The position numbers and the translations under genes were made by a program. A DNA stretch of 63,716 bases, the filler included, from Dimorphilus gyrociliatus (taxonomy: Eukaryota; Animalia; Annelida), in assembly GCA_904063045.1 (NCBI GenBank). It is 3 parts of 3 records of this genome, joined end to end, with 100 filler letters (N's around TTAATTAATTAA, not from the genome) between each part and the next. Parts side by side here need not be neighbours in the genome. Positions count along the whole stretch, not along the records: positions 1 to 25,698 come from CAJFCJ010000158.1; 2 more parts are not named here. One strand, given 5' to 3'. The notes beneath the pieces were generated by a model. That model worked only from the letters and a program-made list of their open reading frames with translations, did not search any database and had not been told where the DNA came from. Within the stretch, counting starts at the first letter, position 1. Every line of letters begins with the position of its first letter. Positions 12,550 to 23,343 of this stretch are shown piece after piece.

Positions 12550-15500
12550 ATGAAGACAAAGAACAATAGAATAGTGTTCAAAAATGCCGAAGAATGCTTG
12601 GAAGATTTCAAAGGTTGCCACGGGTATAGACGCTGGACGACGCTTGGACGAGTAATTGGCCATAAACAATATTCTAATGATATTTACCTGAAAATCGAAA
12701 CGATAAATGGTGTAAATAACAGTTGCTGTTATTTGGCGATTCTTTTTTTGACCCCAACGACTTTTAGGGTTCGTTTCGACCCAAAAGCTTGTGATTACGA
12801 TAAGTTTCCAAGCACAACTAGTCGTAGTGTTGTTAAATACCCTTTAATAGACGTTTCGAAGCCAAGGTCAAAACCTACATTCAAGTACACCGATAAAGAA
12901 CCAATCAACTTGGATAGAACACAGATAGGGAGAATAGTAAATATCGAGGTAATTGATGACAATCGAAATGACTATATAACAATTCTGGTTAAGGATAGAA
13001 TAGAGGAGAAAATTCGTATGAAAGTGAAAATTTTCAAAGAAAAATACAGATTGGAAGTTTATCAACGAACGAAAAATGGAGCATTTAGATTGGTTCATTC
13101 GGACGCTAATACGAGTATTTATTATAAAGAAACGGCCAATTATAAGGTGAACGGAGAGGCGATAGTTGAATATACAGTAATACAGGCTAAAAGAATGCAT
13201 AAGGATGCAAAATATATTGGATTACGAGAAAAGATTACAGTTGACGGAGGGAAACAAACAGGGTACAATTTCGAGAATATAGACTACAAGAAGATCAACT
13301 CTTCTAGGGGAAGTAGTAAGGATTGTAATGGTGGAGACATATCGTACGAAACGAATGGATTTTTTATGGAGAAGAGGATCGACTACGAGAATGTTATCCA
13401 AGGAATATTGGTGGATAATACATGTCAAACCATATTCGATATGGACATTTACAACGGAGTTGGCCAATATATATTTGGTTCGGTATACGGTTGTTTAGAC
13501 TATTATTATTTTCTTGGTGAGAATATCAAGCAGGTTTTAGAGATTTTCAACAGTTTCATTGGTAAAAGTTCACTGAAACCCAGATATATTTTTGGTAATC
13601 ATCAGGGTTGTTATGGCTATAGAAATTTGTACGATTTACACGACGTCGTAAGCGGTTATAGGGGTAATGGTATACCTCTCGACGGCCTACACATTGACGT
13701 TGATCTGCAAAAGAATTATTGCACGTTTACCATGAACGAAGACTTGTTTCCTTCCGATACGTTCAAACAATTGGCCGCCAGAGGTATTAAATGTGCAACA
13801 AACGTTACACCGGCAATTTCCTATACGAACTCCTCTTATAAGACGTTCGAAAGCGGTAAGAAGAATAAAGTTTTCGTAACGGCTAGACAGGTTAACGATC
13901 AATCGTCGAATCGTAATCCGACCGATCCCTTCTACAAAGGTGGCGTCTACTACGGTGGTAAAAGGGGAGCGTTTAGTTATTATCCGAATTTCGGCGATAA
14001 AGACGTCAGATATTGGTGGGGAGCCCAATATAGGATGCTTATGTACAGGGGTCTAGAGATGATCTGCCAAGATATGACAACACCCCGTATTGCCGATCCG
14101 AAGGAGAATAATAGTGTTGAAATTTACCATAATAAAGCTGATAAATGGTACAAATTATCGGATAAGATTCAATCCGATAATCGATCGTTTCCCCTTAATC
14201 AATTGCTAACTGACAATTCTCAACGAAATATTACTAATCCAATTGATAATATGAATTGTAAAACGAAAGAATTAATGATAATCAAATCTCCATTTGCAAA
14301 AATCACCAATCTCTACTCGTATAATATGCATAAGGCAACCTATCACGGTCTCAATTGTATATGGTTAATTAATCCGTTTGTCTTTACGGGTGTCGGTGAA
14401 AAGGGTATCACCAAAGAGGACGCTCTAGAGATTATCGAAGACCTTAAAGCTTGCAATTGTCTAATTGATATTGAACGGGAAAAGAACGTCTACAACGTCG
14501 ACTATTTTAAGGGGAGAAAATTGAAATTACGGCCCAAGTATAAAAAGTACGAAGAGGAAGTAAGAAAAATCTTGGAGGAGACGGTCATTCTGAGGCGTCT
14601 AAGGAGAAATAAACGTAATTTTATACTGGGACAAAGCGAATTTAACGGCACTCGTCGTTTCAGCTGTTCTTTGTCGGATCGAAACGTTTCCGAATGGAAT
14701 TGTTTGCAGACGGTTATATGCCAAGTTCTTGGCCAAGGTCTAGCGGGTCAAAGTATTTCGGGACAGGACATTGGAGGCTACGGCGACGCTGAAAGTAAAT
14801 CAGAAGAATGGATCGATCCAGAGTTATTTATCAGATGGATTTGCGCCGGTTGCCTACTACCCTGGTTCAAAAATAACTATACACGCTATGGTAATAAACT
14901 TTTCCAAGAACCCTACAAGTTCAAAGACTGCGTCGATAGAGTGGACGAAAATAAAAGGCAACTCTACATGACCGTCGTACCAATTTGTCGGTATTATGTT
15001 CAATTACGATATCGTCTAATGCAGATTTTCTACGATCATATGTTCGAGAATCATATAGGTGGATTGCCAATAGTTAAGCCTCTCTTCATTACCGACGAGA
15101 ACGATACAACTCTATTCAAAGATCATTCGAAATTCGTCAACGACGAGTTTATACTCGGTAACGATATTCTTGTCGCTCCCGTTCTGCATAGGGAGGCGGA
15201 TTGTTCGAAGAAGGGAAGAAGGGACGTCTACCTACCAAGCGGAAACGATTGGTACGCGTTCAAGAATAATTGTTGGCCTCTTAACGAACCTGTCGAGGGT
15301 GGATCGGTTATAGATTACGACGCCGCAATTAATAACGATCCGGATCATATTCCTTTCATCTTGCCGATATACGTACGAGACGGAGCGATTATACCGACAA
15401 TCGAATTGGAGCAGTACGTCGGCCAACTGAAAAACGAAGGGAAACCCAATCCGATTACGTTAAACATCTATCCGGGAAGGGATAGAAGCTATTGTATGTA

Positions 15501-15999
15501 TAACGACGACGGCGAAAGTCGATCGTCCGCTCCCAAAGGCTACGTTAAATACGGAACGGATCCGGAGGCTAGAAGCGAATATAGAAAGACTTGTATATCC
15601 CATTCGTTCAAGGACGCCAAATGCAGAATTGTCGAAATTAAATGGTTGCATAACAATTATATTCCGTTCGAGAGTTACTTTTACGTTGCCATACTGGACG
15701 ATCCGAAACGAGAGGAGGATCCTTTGCATAGTATTCGTATTAAATCGAAAAATTTCAATTATCCAATTAACGAAACTGTCTCAAAGATTATTCGCGCCGA
15801 CCCAGTGGACGCCGCAAAAACATTGGAGATAAGTCCAACAAACGCCTGGTACTACAACAGAAACGTTGGAATATCTTTTATTAAAATATTCTACGATAAG
15901 GAACTACAAAATACAACGCCTATTAAGGAGGACGAAACTCATCGCGATTCTTCCCCAGCCTCTTCACCAACCTATCAACTGCTCATTAAATATAAGTAG
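12550..15999 (+). CDS. GH31 family protein, alpha-1,4-glucan-lyase-like, intronless, no signal peptide (first ATG 12550; frame open from 12532)
   Basis: ~1150-aa ORF with LKPRYIFGNHQGCYGY, IPLDGLHIDVDLQ, GIKCATNVTPAIS, QDMTTP, YSYNMHKATYHGLN, NKRNFILG, SGQDIGGY, EFILGNDILVAPV, VYLPSGNDWY and IPTIELEQYVG. These resemble the lyase subgroup of GH31 rather than animal lysosomal or ER glucosidases (WxDMNE). Confidence 0.9.
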   Translation: MKTKNNRIVFKNAEECLEDFKGCHGYRRWTTLGRVIGHKQYSNDIYLKIETINGVNNSCCYLAILFLTPTTFRVRFDPKACDYDKFPSTTSRSVVKYPLIDVSKPRSKPTFKYTDKEPINLDRTQIGRIVNIEVIDDNRNDYITILVKDRIEEKIRMKVKIFKEKYRLEVYQRTKNGAFRLVHSDANTSIYYKETANYKVNGEAIVEYTVIQAKRMHKDAKYIGLREKITVDGGKQTGYNFENIDYKKINSSRGSSKDCNGGDISYETNGFFMEKRIDYENVIQGILVDNTCQTIFDMDIYNGVGQYIFGSVYGCLDYYYFLGENIKQVLEIFNSFIGKSSLKPRYIFGNHQGCYGYRNLYDLHDVVSGYRGNGIPLDGLHIDVDLQKNYCTFTMNEDLFPSDTFKQLAARGIKCATNVTPAISYTNSSYKTFESGKKNKVFVTARQVNDQSSNRNPTDPFYKGGVYYGGKRGAFSYYPNFGDKDVRYWWGAQYRMLMYRGLEMICQDMTTPRIADPKENNSVEIYHNKADKWYKLSDKIQSDNRSFPLNQLLTDNSQRNITNPIDNMNCKTKELMIIKSPFAKITNLYSYNMHKATYHGLNCIWLINPFVFTGVGEKGITKEDALEIIEDLKACNCLIDIEREKNVYNVDYFKGRKLKLRPKYKKYEEEVRKILEETVILRRLRRNKRNFILGQSEFNGTRRFSCSLSDRNVSEWNCLQTVICQVLGQGLAGQSISGQDIGGYGDAESKSEEWIDPELFIRWICAGCLLPWFKNNYTRYGNKLFQEPYKFKDCVDRVDENKRQLYMTVVPICRYYVQLRYRLMQIFYDHMFENHIGGLPIVKPLFITDENDTTLFKDHSKFVNDEFILGNDILVAPVLHREADCSKKGRRDVYLPSGNDWYAFKNNCWPLNEPVEGGSVIDYDAAINNDPDHIPFILPIYVRDGAIIPTIELEQYVGQLKNEGKPNPITLNIYPGRDRSYCMYNDDGESRSSAPKGYVKYGTDPEARSEYRKTCISHSFKDAKCRIVEIKWLHNNYIPFESYFYVAILDDPKREEDPLHSIRIKSKNFNYPINETVSKIIRADPVDAAKTLEISPTNAWYYNRNVGISFIKIFYDKELQNTTPIKEDETHRDSSPASSPTYQLLIKYK

Positions 16000-16234
16000 C
16001 ATAACAATTTTTATTCTCTTTTAAAACGAAACAAGGACAACAACCACCATTGTCGTGTCAAGCTTATCTAACAAAATTATAATAATACAATTCTTTCATC
16101 TTAAAAAAAAAGATCACATTACGGTAAATTGACGGGTTCTTCCATAAACTTTACTAGAAATTCAAGCGTTACTCCTTCAAGATACTACTTGAATATTAGC
16201 AAAAAAAATTTTTATGAGTAAAAAATAGACGCTT

Positions 16235-16316
16235 CGCAGTCGACAGGATTCGAACCTGTGCGGGCAGAGCCCAATGGATTTCGAGTCCATCGCCTTAACC
16301 ACTCGGCCACGACTGC
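16235..16316 (-). tRNA. tRNA-Ser (anticodon CGA)
   Basis: Reverse complement is identical to the 12314-12395 gene; T6 run downstream on the minus strand. Confidence 0.97.
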
Positions 16317-16843
16317 TACGGGGTAATTAACGTTTATTTTCAGAATAGATTCACGCTAATTAATTAATTTTAACCAACTTTAACTTGTAATTTACTCTAT
16401 CGAATACGACTATTGCAAGGCAAAGGAAGGAAAGAAGGAGAATGAGAGAAGAGGAACGAAGGAGATAGAAGTATTTTTAAAAGAGATATATTTGTCTATT
16501 GTCTTTCTTCGAAAAACATAAAGAAGAAGAAGGAGAAGGAGAAGAAGAAGAAGAAGAAGAAGAACGAAGAGTATTTACAATTTTTGAACGATTATTGTTA
16601 TTTAGCGTTTACGGAATTGAATAAATAGACAGAAGATGTCGCCACTGTTATATTTTTGTAAAAGATAATCGGAAATTGATCGAAAATAATGAAAGATAAG
16701 ATAAAAGAGATATATAAACTTTAATCAATAACTATTATGAATAATAAACAAACAGATAGATAATAAAATCTATACGTTCTTCAGTTAAGCTAGATAATAA
16801 TCGGTCTATTTGAATCGATATAAATAGCCTATATACTAACTGT

Positions 16844-16925
16844 GCAGTCGTGGCCGAGTGGTTAAGGCGATAGACTAGAAATCTATTGGGCTCTGCCCGC
16901 ACAGGTTCGAATCCTGTCGACTGCG
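16844..16925 (+). tRNA. tRNA-Ser (anticodon AGA)
   Basis: Identical to 8386-8467; followed by a T-run. Confidence 0.97.
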
Positions 16926-17290
16926 TAATTTTTTTTTTCTCAATTCAGAAATATTGCTTCCTCATTCTGTATTGATAATGATAATTGAGAGAGAGAGAGA
17001 GAGAGAGAGTATCATATTCCTCCTTCTGCTACACCTACAGGCTAAAAAACAAGAGTCTAGATTTAGAGAAAGTCTCTTAGACGACAGAGTTAAAAGATTA
17101 ACTAAAATGAGGATAAATGAGAGAAATGATAAACTGTTTTCATTTTATCATAAAGATATTCAAAACAACTTGTTCCCAGTAGACCTGCTTAATTGGCTAT
17201 TGAAAATTAACTGGGTATATTGTTTTTCGGTACAAACAAGTTGGCGGTCCTTTGCATAGTATTCGTATTAAAGAGACGAAGCGTTATAGA

Positions 17291-18689
17291 ATGAAGACTG
17301 CTACTCTTCCGCTAATAATCCTTATCTTCCTAACGAGTATAAACCATTCTAGGTTTGCGTTTCATTGATACTACTCATCTATTGTTCATATTCAAATATA
17401 GATTCAACAATCGTCGATGGAGGATTAAGATTCTTTCCGGAAAATGTCTTTTCTCAAAGATTATTCTCGGTGCAAACTTATTCGGGCGGAAGCTTTATTA
17501 ACGTTTTCGATCATCCATTGAGTCGTATCACCGCCAACGGATTGCTAGTTCAATGGATTTTCCTTCGAGAGAATACGTACAACTGCTCAATGGGTTTGTT
17601 TTGTTTGTTTGTTTGTTTGTTTGTAATTTCTTTACATACATCCTGTAGATATTTGGAGGAAAACTGAGAATGAAAGATACAAACTAGTTAGCTCTAGCGT
17701 TGTTCCAAAAGTTCCTGTCAAGGTTGTATCTTCGTTGAAGCAAGAACGTTTCGTTAGAGTGGAAAATGGCGACCTATTGGGCATTCACGCTATCGACATT
17801 CGTAGAGATAAGCATTGTATATCGTTCGTTAAGGACTCGGCATACGTTCATTCCTATCCGACCGGTAGGAGGGTAGGAAGATTGGCGAACGTCAACGTTG
17901 GGACGACGGTCCAAATGACAAACCTAGGTGCGCTGAGACTCTACAATATGCAGGCGGTAGTCGTCGAGGGTAATCTTTTACGAATAGGTACTAACTTATT
18001 GTCAGTGTTTGTTTGTTTGTCCCTCCGTCCCTCCCTATAAGCCTATTTTTATAGTTTCAGTGAATAGTTCCAACAAACTAGATGGCGTTGTTGTAGGGCG
18101 ACGATGGTACAATTTAAAGAGGGGCGAATACTCCAAGTACTTTACGATTGAATTGGAGAGTTTAAGTAATCTTCAAGAGGTTGTTATTCTCGCCTACGAA
18201 AAGATTAATCAGGTCAACGTCTTTGTTGGAGATAGTCCTATCAGACAGCTTGGTTGGACAATTTGCCACCAAACAATTGGCGGACGCATGTCCATGGAAG
18301 AGTCAATAAAACTTTATCATCTCTCTTTAAAATGTCGGGATAATCATCTTAGCGGAAAGTTTGTCATTGTTGAATCGGCCTATTTGTTTACATTTTCCAC
18401 TATTTTCGCCATCGGACAAACGGTTGACGCGCTACAATTTGCCCTCTTACCATTCCCGTTCGTACTTCCGGTAGAAGGGAATGGGAGATATCAATACAAA
18501 TGTCCATCGTTAATGAAATGTGCAAGAATATGTAAATTAGATGGAAAATGTAGGGGAATAACCATAATCAATGATAGGGAATTTTATACATCTTCTAGGC
18601 CTATTGCGGTTAACCAGACAAAATTTTCCATGAAAAGTCTATATAAGAGATCTGAGCTAAGAGATTTAATTACAAATCATTGCCTATAG
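17291..18689 (+). CDS. Secreted protein with an unnamed N-terminal beta-rich domain and a C-terminal PAN/apple-like domain (4 exons)
   Basis: Signal peptide MKTATLPLIILIFLT. Exons join in phase: ..DIWRKTENERYKLVSS..VRVENGDLLGIH.. then VSVNSSNK... The C-terminus has CPSLMKCARICKLDGKCRGITI (PAN C-x3-C-x5-C core). Confidence 0.6.
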
Positions 18690-18956
18690 AGAGAGAGAGA
18701 GATATTCCTTTGCTTTTTGTTTTTTTAAAAAAAAATATCTAAAAGAGGAAGAAATAAAGAGATTTTAGAAAAAAATAATAATACATTGCTTATCGAGCTC
18801 TATAAAAAGTTATTGTTGTATTGAAATAGGTTATGCCGGCTCTCATTCATTCTCTCGTTTCACACCTGCGAAGATAAAGAGAGACGAGAAGAGGATATAG
18901 AGCGAGAGAGTTTATTCTTTGTCGTTTTTTCCATCATCATCATCATATATGAAAAT

Positions 18957-19664
18957 ATGGATAAGATAATCTTGATGTTAATAGTTTGTTTTAATGGATT
19001 AACAAGTACTCTTGCGGAAAAGTCAATCTATAATGAGATTAATGGATTAAAGATTCAAGAAAATGGAAAAGCTTGCGTTGAATTATATATTCCTTGTAGA
19101 AAGAACGAAAAGAAAGCTCATGGAAGCGATTGTCAAGCTTATTTCGTATGCGGTCAACCTCTTCAACAAACTGACGAAGAAGGAACCGCCTGGGAAGTTC
19201 ACTATTGTCCTGAAGATCAAATATACGACCTGAAGATAAATAATTGCCAATACAGTCATTTATCCAAATGTAATATTGAAGATAGAGAATTCTGTGCGAA
19301 ATCTCGACTGATTCTATTCGATGACAAACAGAATCAAAGTAACTTTTATAAACCGGAACAAGTAAGAGATATCTACAAAGAGAAAACAGACTCTTCTCCT
19401 TCCGATATGACAAGCAAACAGATAGTCGTTCCTTCCGTAATCGGTGGTCTTTTGATCATAGTTGCAGTAATCTGTGGTATTATCTTCTACCGACGTTATC
19501 GAGCACATAAGAAAGCTGAGAGCAGATCAAGAAGACCTAGTCACAATAGCGACCTTCAAAATCCTTCTGGTCAGTTGTTCTTCTTGAATGATCGGCCACA
19601 TTGGCAACCTACTCGTTTTCAACAAGACAAATGGCAAAACGACGATAGGATCGAAAGATACTGA
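18957..19664 (+). CDS. Type I membrane protein with a chitin-binding peritrophin-A (CBM14)-like domain, intronless
   Basis: Signal peptide; 6-Cys pattern C..AHGSDCQAYFVC...HYCPEDQIYDLKINNC..C; transmembrane segment IVVPSVIGGLLIIVAVICGIIFY followed by RRYR. Confidence 0.75.
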   Translation: MDKIILMLIVCFNGLTSTLAEKSIYNEINGLKIQENGKACVELYIPCRKNEKKAHGSDCQAYFVCGQPLQQTDEEGTAWEVHYCPEDQIYDLKINNCQYSHLSKCNIEDREFCAKSRLILFDDKQNQSNFYKPEQVRDIYKEKTDSSPSDMTSKQIVVPSVIGGLLIIVAVICGIIFYRRYRAHKKAESRSRRPSHNSDLQNPSGQLFFLNDRPHWQPTRFQQDKWQNDDRIERY

Positions 19665-20179
19665 AATCTTCCTACACTGATTAGGCAACATTCTTCATTA
19701 AAAATTCCCTTCCTCATAACATATCCCTGTCTAATCATACGAAAAGAAAAGGAGACAACTCTTCACCATTTACTGTTGTTATAAGAGAGAAAAAAGGTAA
19801 GAAGAAAACTAAAGGAGAAGAAGAAGAAGAAGAAGAGGAAGATAACCTGGAAGATAATTAAAAAAAATAAAAATTTTTCTCCTTCTCTGACTAGTCGATT
19901 TTATTTATTTTTTGTGTCAAACGTGTAATTCTTTTCTATTACAGACAAAAAATATGCGTGTATTTCTCCTTTCCTTATCTCAAATTAGAGTGGATTTTTC
20001 AGAGGTTATACAAATATAGATCGATAATTCCGCCTTTCTATCTCTGTAGCCTGCTCATTCTTTTCAATTGAATTGTTGATGAAAGGGTAAATTCCCCATA
20101 TAGTTCTTGAATGCTGTCGCCCGTCTTCATTATTAATATGTCACCCTCTCTCTATAACATTGATATTATACTAAATAGG

Positions 20180-21636
20180 TCATACAAATTGAAGAGGTAA
20201 GACATTCGAAGAAAAGGGAAGTTTATTTCTAGTGGTCGACCAATGAACGGCCGGTATGCTATCCTTATACTCTTCTTCTCTGTTTTAGTAAAAATTTAAG
20301 CATTAAACTCTCCTTCCGTAGAGTAAGAGCATTAGTATATACATACTTTCTATTAGCGAGAATACTGGCGTCCAATATTAATTCGGTCAATTGCGGTAGA
20401 GAACGTTGAGTAGTATTGACCGTCAACGTACTCGACGAAGAAGAAGAAGAAGAAGAAGAGTAGGCCGAATAAGCAGACAATATTTTTGACTGTTCAATAC
20501 TGTCTCGGAATCTGAATAGAAAAAGAATCCAAATAGGATTAGAAAGAAGCAAGAACGAAATACTACGCGTTCGTCTGCCTTACCCTGGATTATCTTGAGC
20601 GTAGGAGTAGGGAGGATATCTGATTTGCGAAAAATCTATTATCTGTTCATCGTTATCATTATCATTATCATCATCAGTCTCCAGACTATCGAACACTGTT
20701 TTCATTCCGCATAAACCGTCTACGATCTTTTCCGAATGGACGTCGAAATTTTTTGTAAAAGTTTTCTTTCGACAACCTTGAAAGAAGAGAAAAAATAATC
20801 AACTATTACCCATATAAGACAAACAAACAAACAGACAAACAACTTACATTTAACGACTAAAGGTGTAATTGCCGCCAATGGACATATAAAGTAATTGACT
20901 ATCATCGCTTGAGCAAACTTTTTATAATCGCTGTAAAGAAAGAGAGAGATTAAAGATAAGATAATCTGAGATAATAAAAAAAAAGGGATTAGACAATTTC
21001 AGTTAGATGCATACCTAGATTTACCAAAATCGCATAGTTCATCGCTGTTCTTATAGTAATAATTCAAGTAGATTGTATAACTGATAAGATACAAGATGTT
21101 TACTTCGTACATAAGAATATAGATAAAGGATTTATATCTATTCTTTAATTTCGTAAAATTTCTAGGAGTCAGGCACAGATAGAACATAAATAGTAAATAA
21201 AATCCATATACTGTAGAGGCAATTCCAACTGCACGACTGTTGATGACGAATAAGTTTTTAAAAAATTTTATTTTAAATTTCAAAAATGTTTGTTTTGTTT
21301 GTCATTTGAAAGATAATCTACTTACGATTGTTTGTAGGAGGAACAATATTCAATATTAAAACCATTATGGCACGGTTTGCCGAAATTGCATGGATGACGA
21401 TGGTGATGATGATGATGGTGATGGTGATGGTGGTGATGATAATGATGCTGATAATATCTCTTCATTCTATAATCTCTCCCAAAGTTCCTTAAATCCTTAA
21501 AATTGTATTCACGACTCCTATAGTATTCAATCATAAATTTTTCATCAACCATAATTATAGTATGCAGCAATGGTCCAGTTATAATTGTTATAATCATACC
21601 GGAAACTGCAATCAGTATCTTCACTTTTCTATTCAT
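20180..21636 (-). CDS. Four-TM (claudin/tetraspan-like topology) membrane protein with a poly-His extracellular loop, ~6 exons
   Basis: Exons starting at 21636, ~21240, ~20930, ~20776, ~20510 and ~20275 join in frame through GT-AG introns. Four hydrophobic segments, a Cys-containing loop 1 with a His tract, and an acidic/Ser-rich C-terminal tail. Confidence 0.7.
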
Positions 21637-23343
21637 CCTCCAAACTTCTCTCCTAGTAACTGTCGTTGGATTGCAAATGAGGGAATGAAGAAATTGTAAA
21701 CTTGTTACGAATCTTTATGCTTTTTTGAACAAAAGAAAAAAAAAAAGTCATGTATTTATTCTATGATAATGATTCATATCATACGTCTCTTTGGTGTTAT
21801 TCTAATATTTATATATGAAATTTTGTACAACGCCCTCTTTAAAAATAAGAAAAAGTTTGTCATATTTTTAGAAAAATAGACCTTCTTAGCGTAGGCCTAC
21901 TAATACCAGCACGACGTTCAAATAATGACTAATATTTCTGTTCAAAAAACGTGGCCAATCGGTATGATTCATTCGAACAGAGTCAAAGCCAGCGCTTAGA
22001 ATAGACAATGCGGATAGAATTTTTGCATTCTCTTTCTCTCTCTCTTCCAACCTCGCCCACCTTCTTCTCCTATTCAATGTTTTTGTATTAAAAATGAAAG
22101 ATTTACGAAGTAGACTATGGAATAAATATCAATGATTTAATTGAGCAAGTATCAATATTTTCAATTTAATAATAGCTAGGATTTAGGGAGGGGCAACTTT
22201 AATGCACGATTTCCAATAATTGACTAATACGGTATAGCACGACTTTTCGTTCACTTTGAACCTCCTTTAAGCGTAGCATTTAGAGATTATTTAGTACCTC
22301 TATTTCTCTCTCTCTCTCTCTCCCTCCTACCCATTTTCTCTGTTCTCTCCTTATTTTCTCCATCTCCATATATTGCGATTTTGGTCCATATTCATTTTAT
22401 CTCTTCTTTCGATATGGAAGCAAACGTTCTAAAACATAATGTTCTTTACGCTCTTTATGTTCTCTTTTCTTCTTCTTCTTCCTCATATAATTATTCATAT
22501 TTTAACGAAGCATTATTTATTAATAACGAATTTATAATGATTCTATTTTATAGAATAATTCGCCAAAGTGTTTATTTATTGAAATTTCGTTGATAATTCT
22601 CCAAAACGTTCTCTTTTTCGTCTTGTTCCACGAATATATACTTATTACAACTGCAATAACGAAATCAATCAATCAATCGTTGCTTTTATATATTAATAAT
22701 CTTCGGATATGAAATTACTTAATATATTACATACTATGCTTTTAATAATAATAAACTTATCCAAAAATGTTCTTCATTCTGTTGAGTTTTTTCGTTTTCG
22801 TTCTCCATCCGTCCATTCTTCTTCTTTCTCTTCCGTTTCCAATCTGTTTTTCTTAATTAATAATGCGCATTAATTATGATTAATAAATCATCTTTACTTT
22901 AACTTGGATTTGTTTTGATAATTGTTTAATATTATATATAAATTTTAATGATAATTGTTTTGCATCGTTTTTGAAACGATGATTTTAAATCTACCAGTTT
23001 AATTTCATGAAATAATTGTCTAAATAGTTATTTTTTTTAAAGTATAATTAAAAAACGAAAAAGAAAGAACAGATTAAATAAAGTAAGTTTTAGATAATAC
23101 GAAACTACGAAAAATATTAAGTTTATTATTGTTTACTGTATTATCGCTCAAAGTATAAACAAAACATTTAGCAAAAAAGTTTAACGTTGATTGATAGTGT
23201 ATATTTTTTTTATAATATTCCGTTACAAAGTCTATTAGGATTAATTATTAGATGTAAAGAAAAAAAGAAGGAAAAAAGAAAGCTTTTTAGCATTGTTACA
23301 TTAATTTTTTATTTATTATAAGATAGAGATTGACGAGTTCATT

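Noticed and set aside
12532-15999. Bacterial contaminant contig as the source of the GH31 gene
   Set aside because: It is contiguous, without gaps, with eukaryote-type tRNA-Ser genes and spliced genes, and shows no operon context.
16420-16570. Purine-rich (GAA)n tracts here and at ~19815-19840, and (AG)n or (TA)n runs elsewhere
   Set aside because: Ordinary microsatellites in intergenic or intronic DNA with no associated structure.
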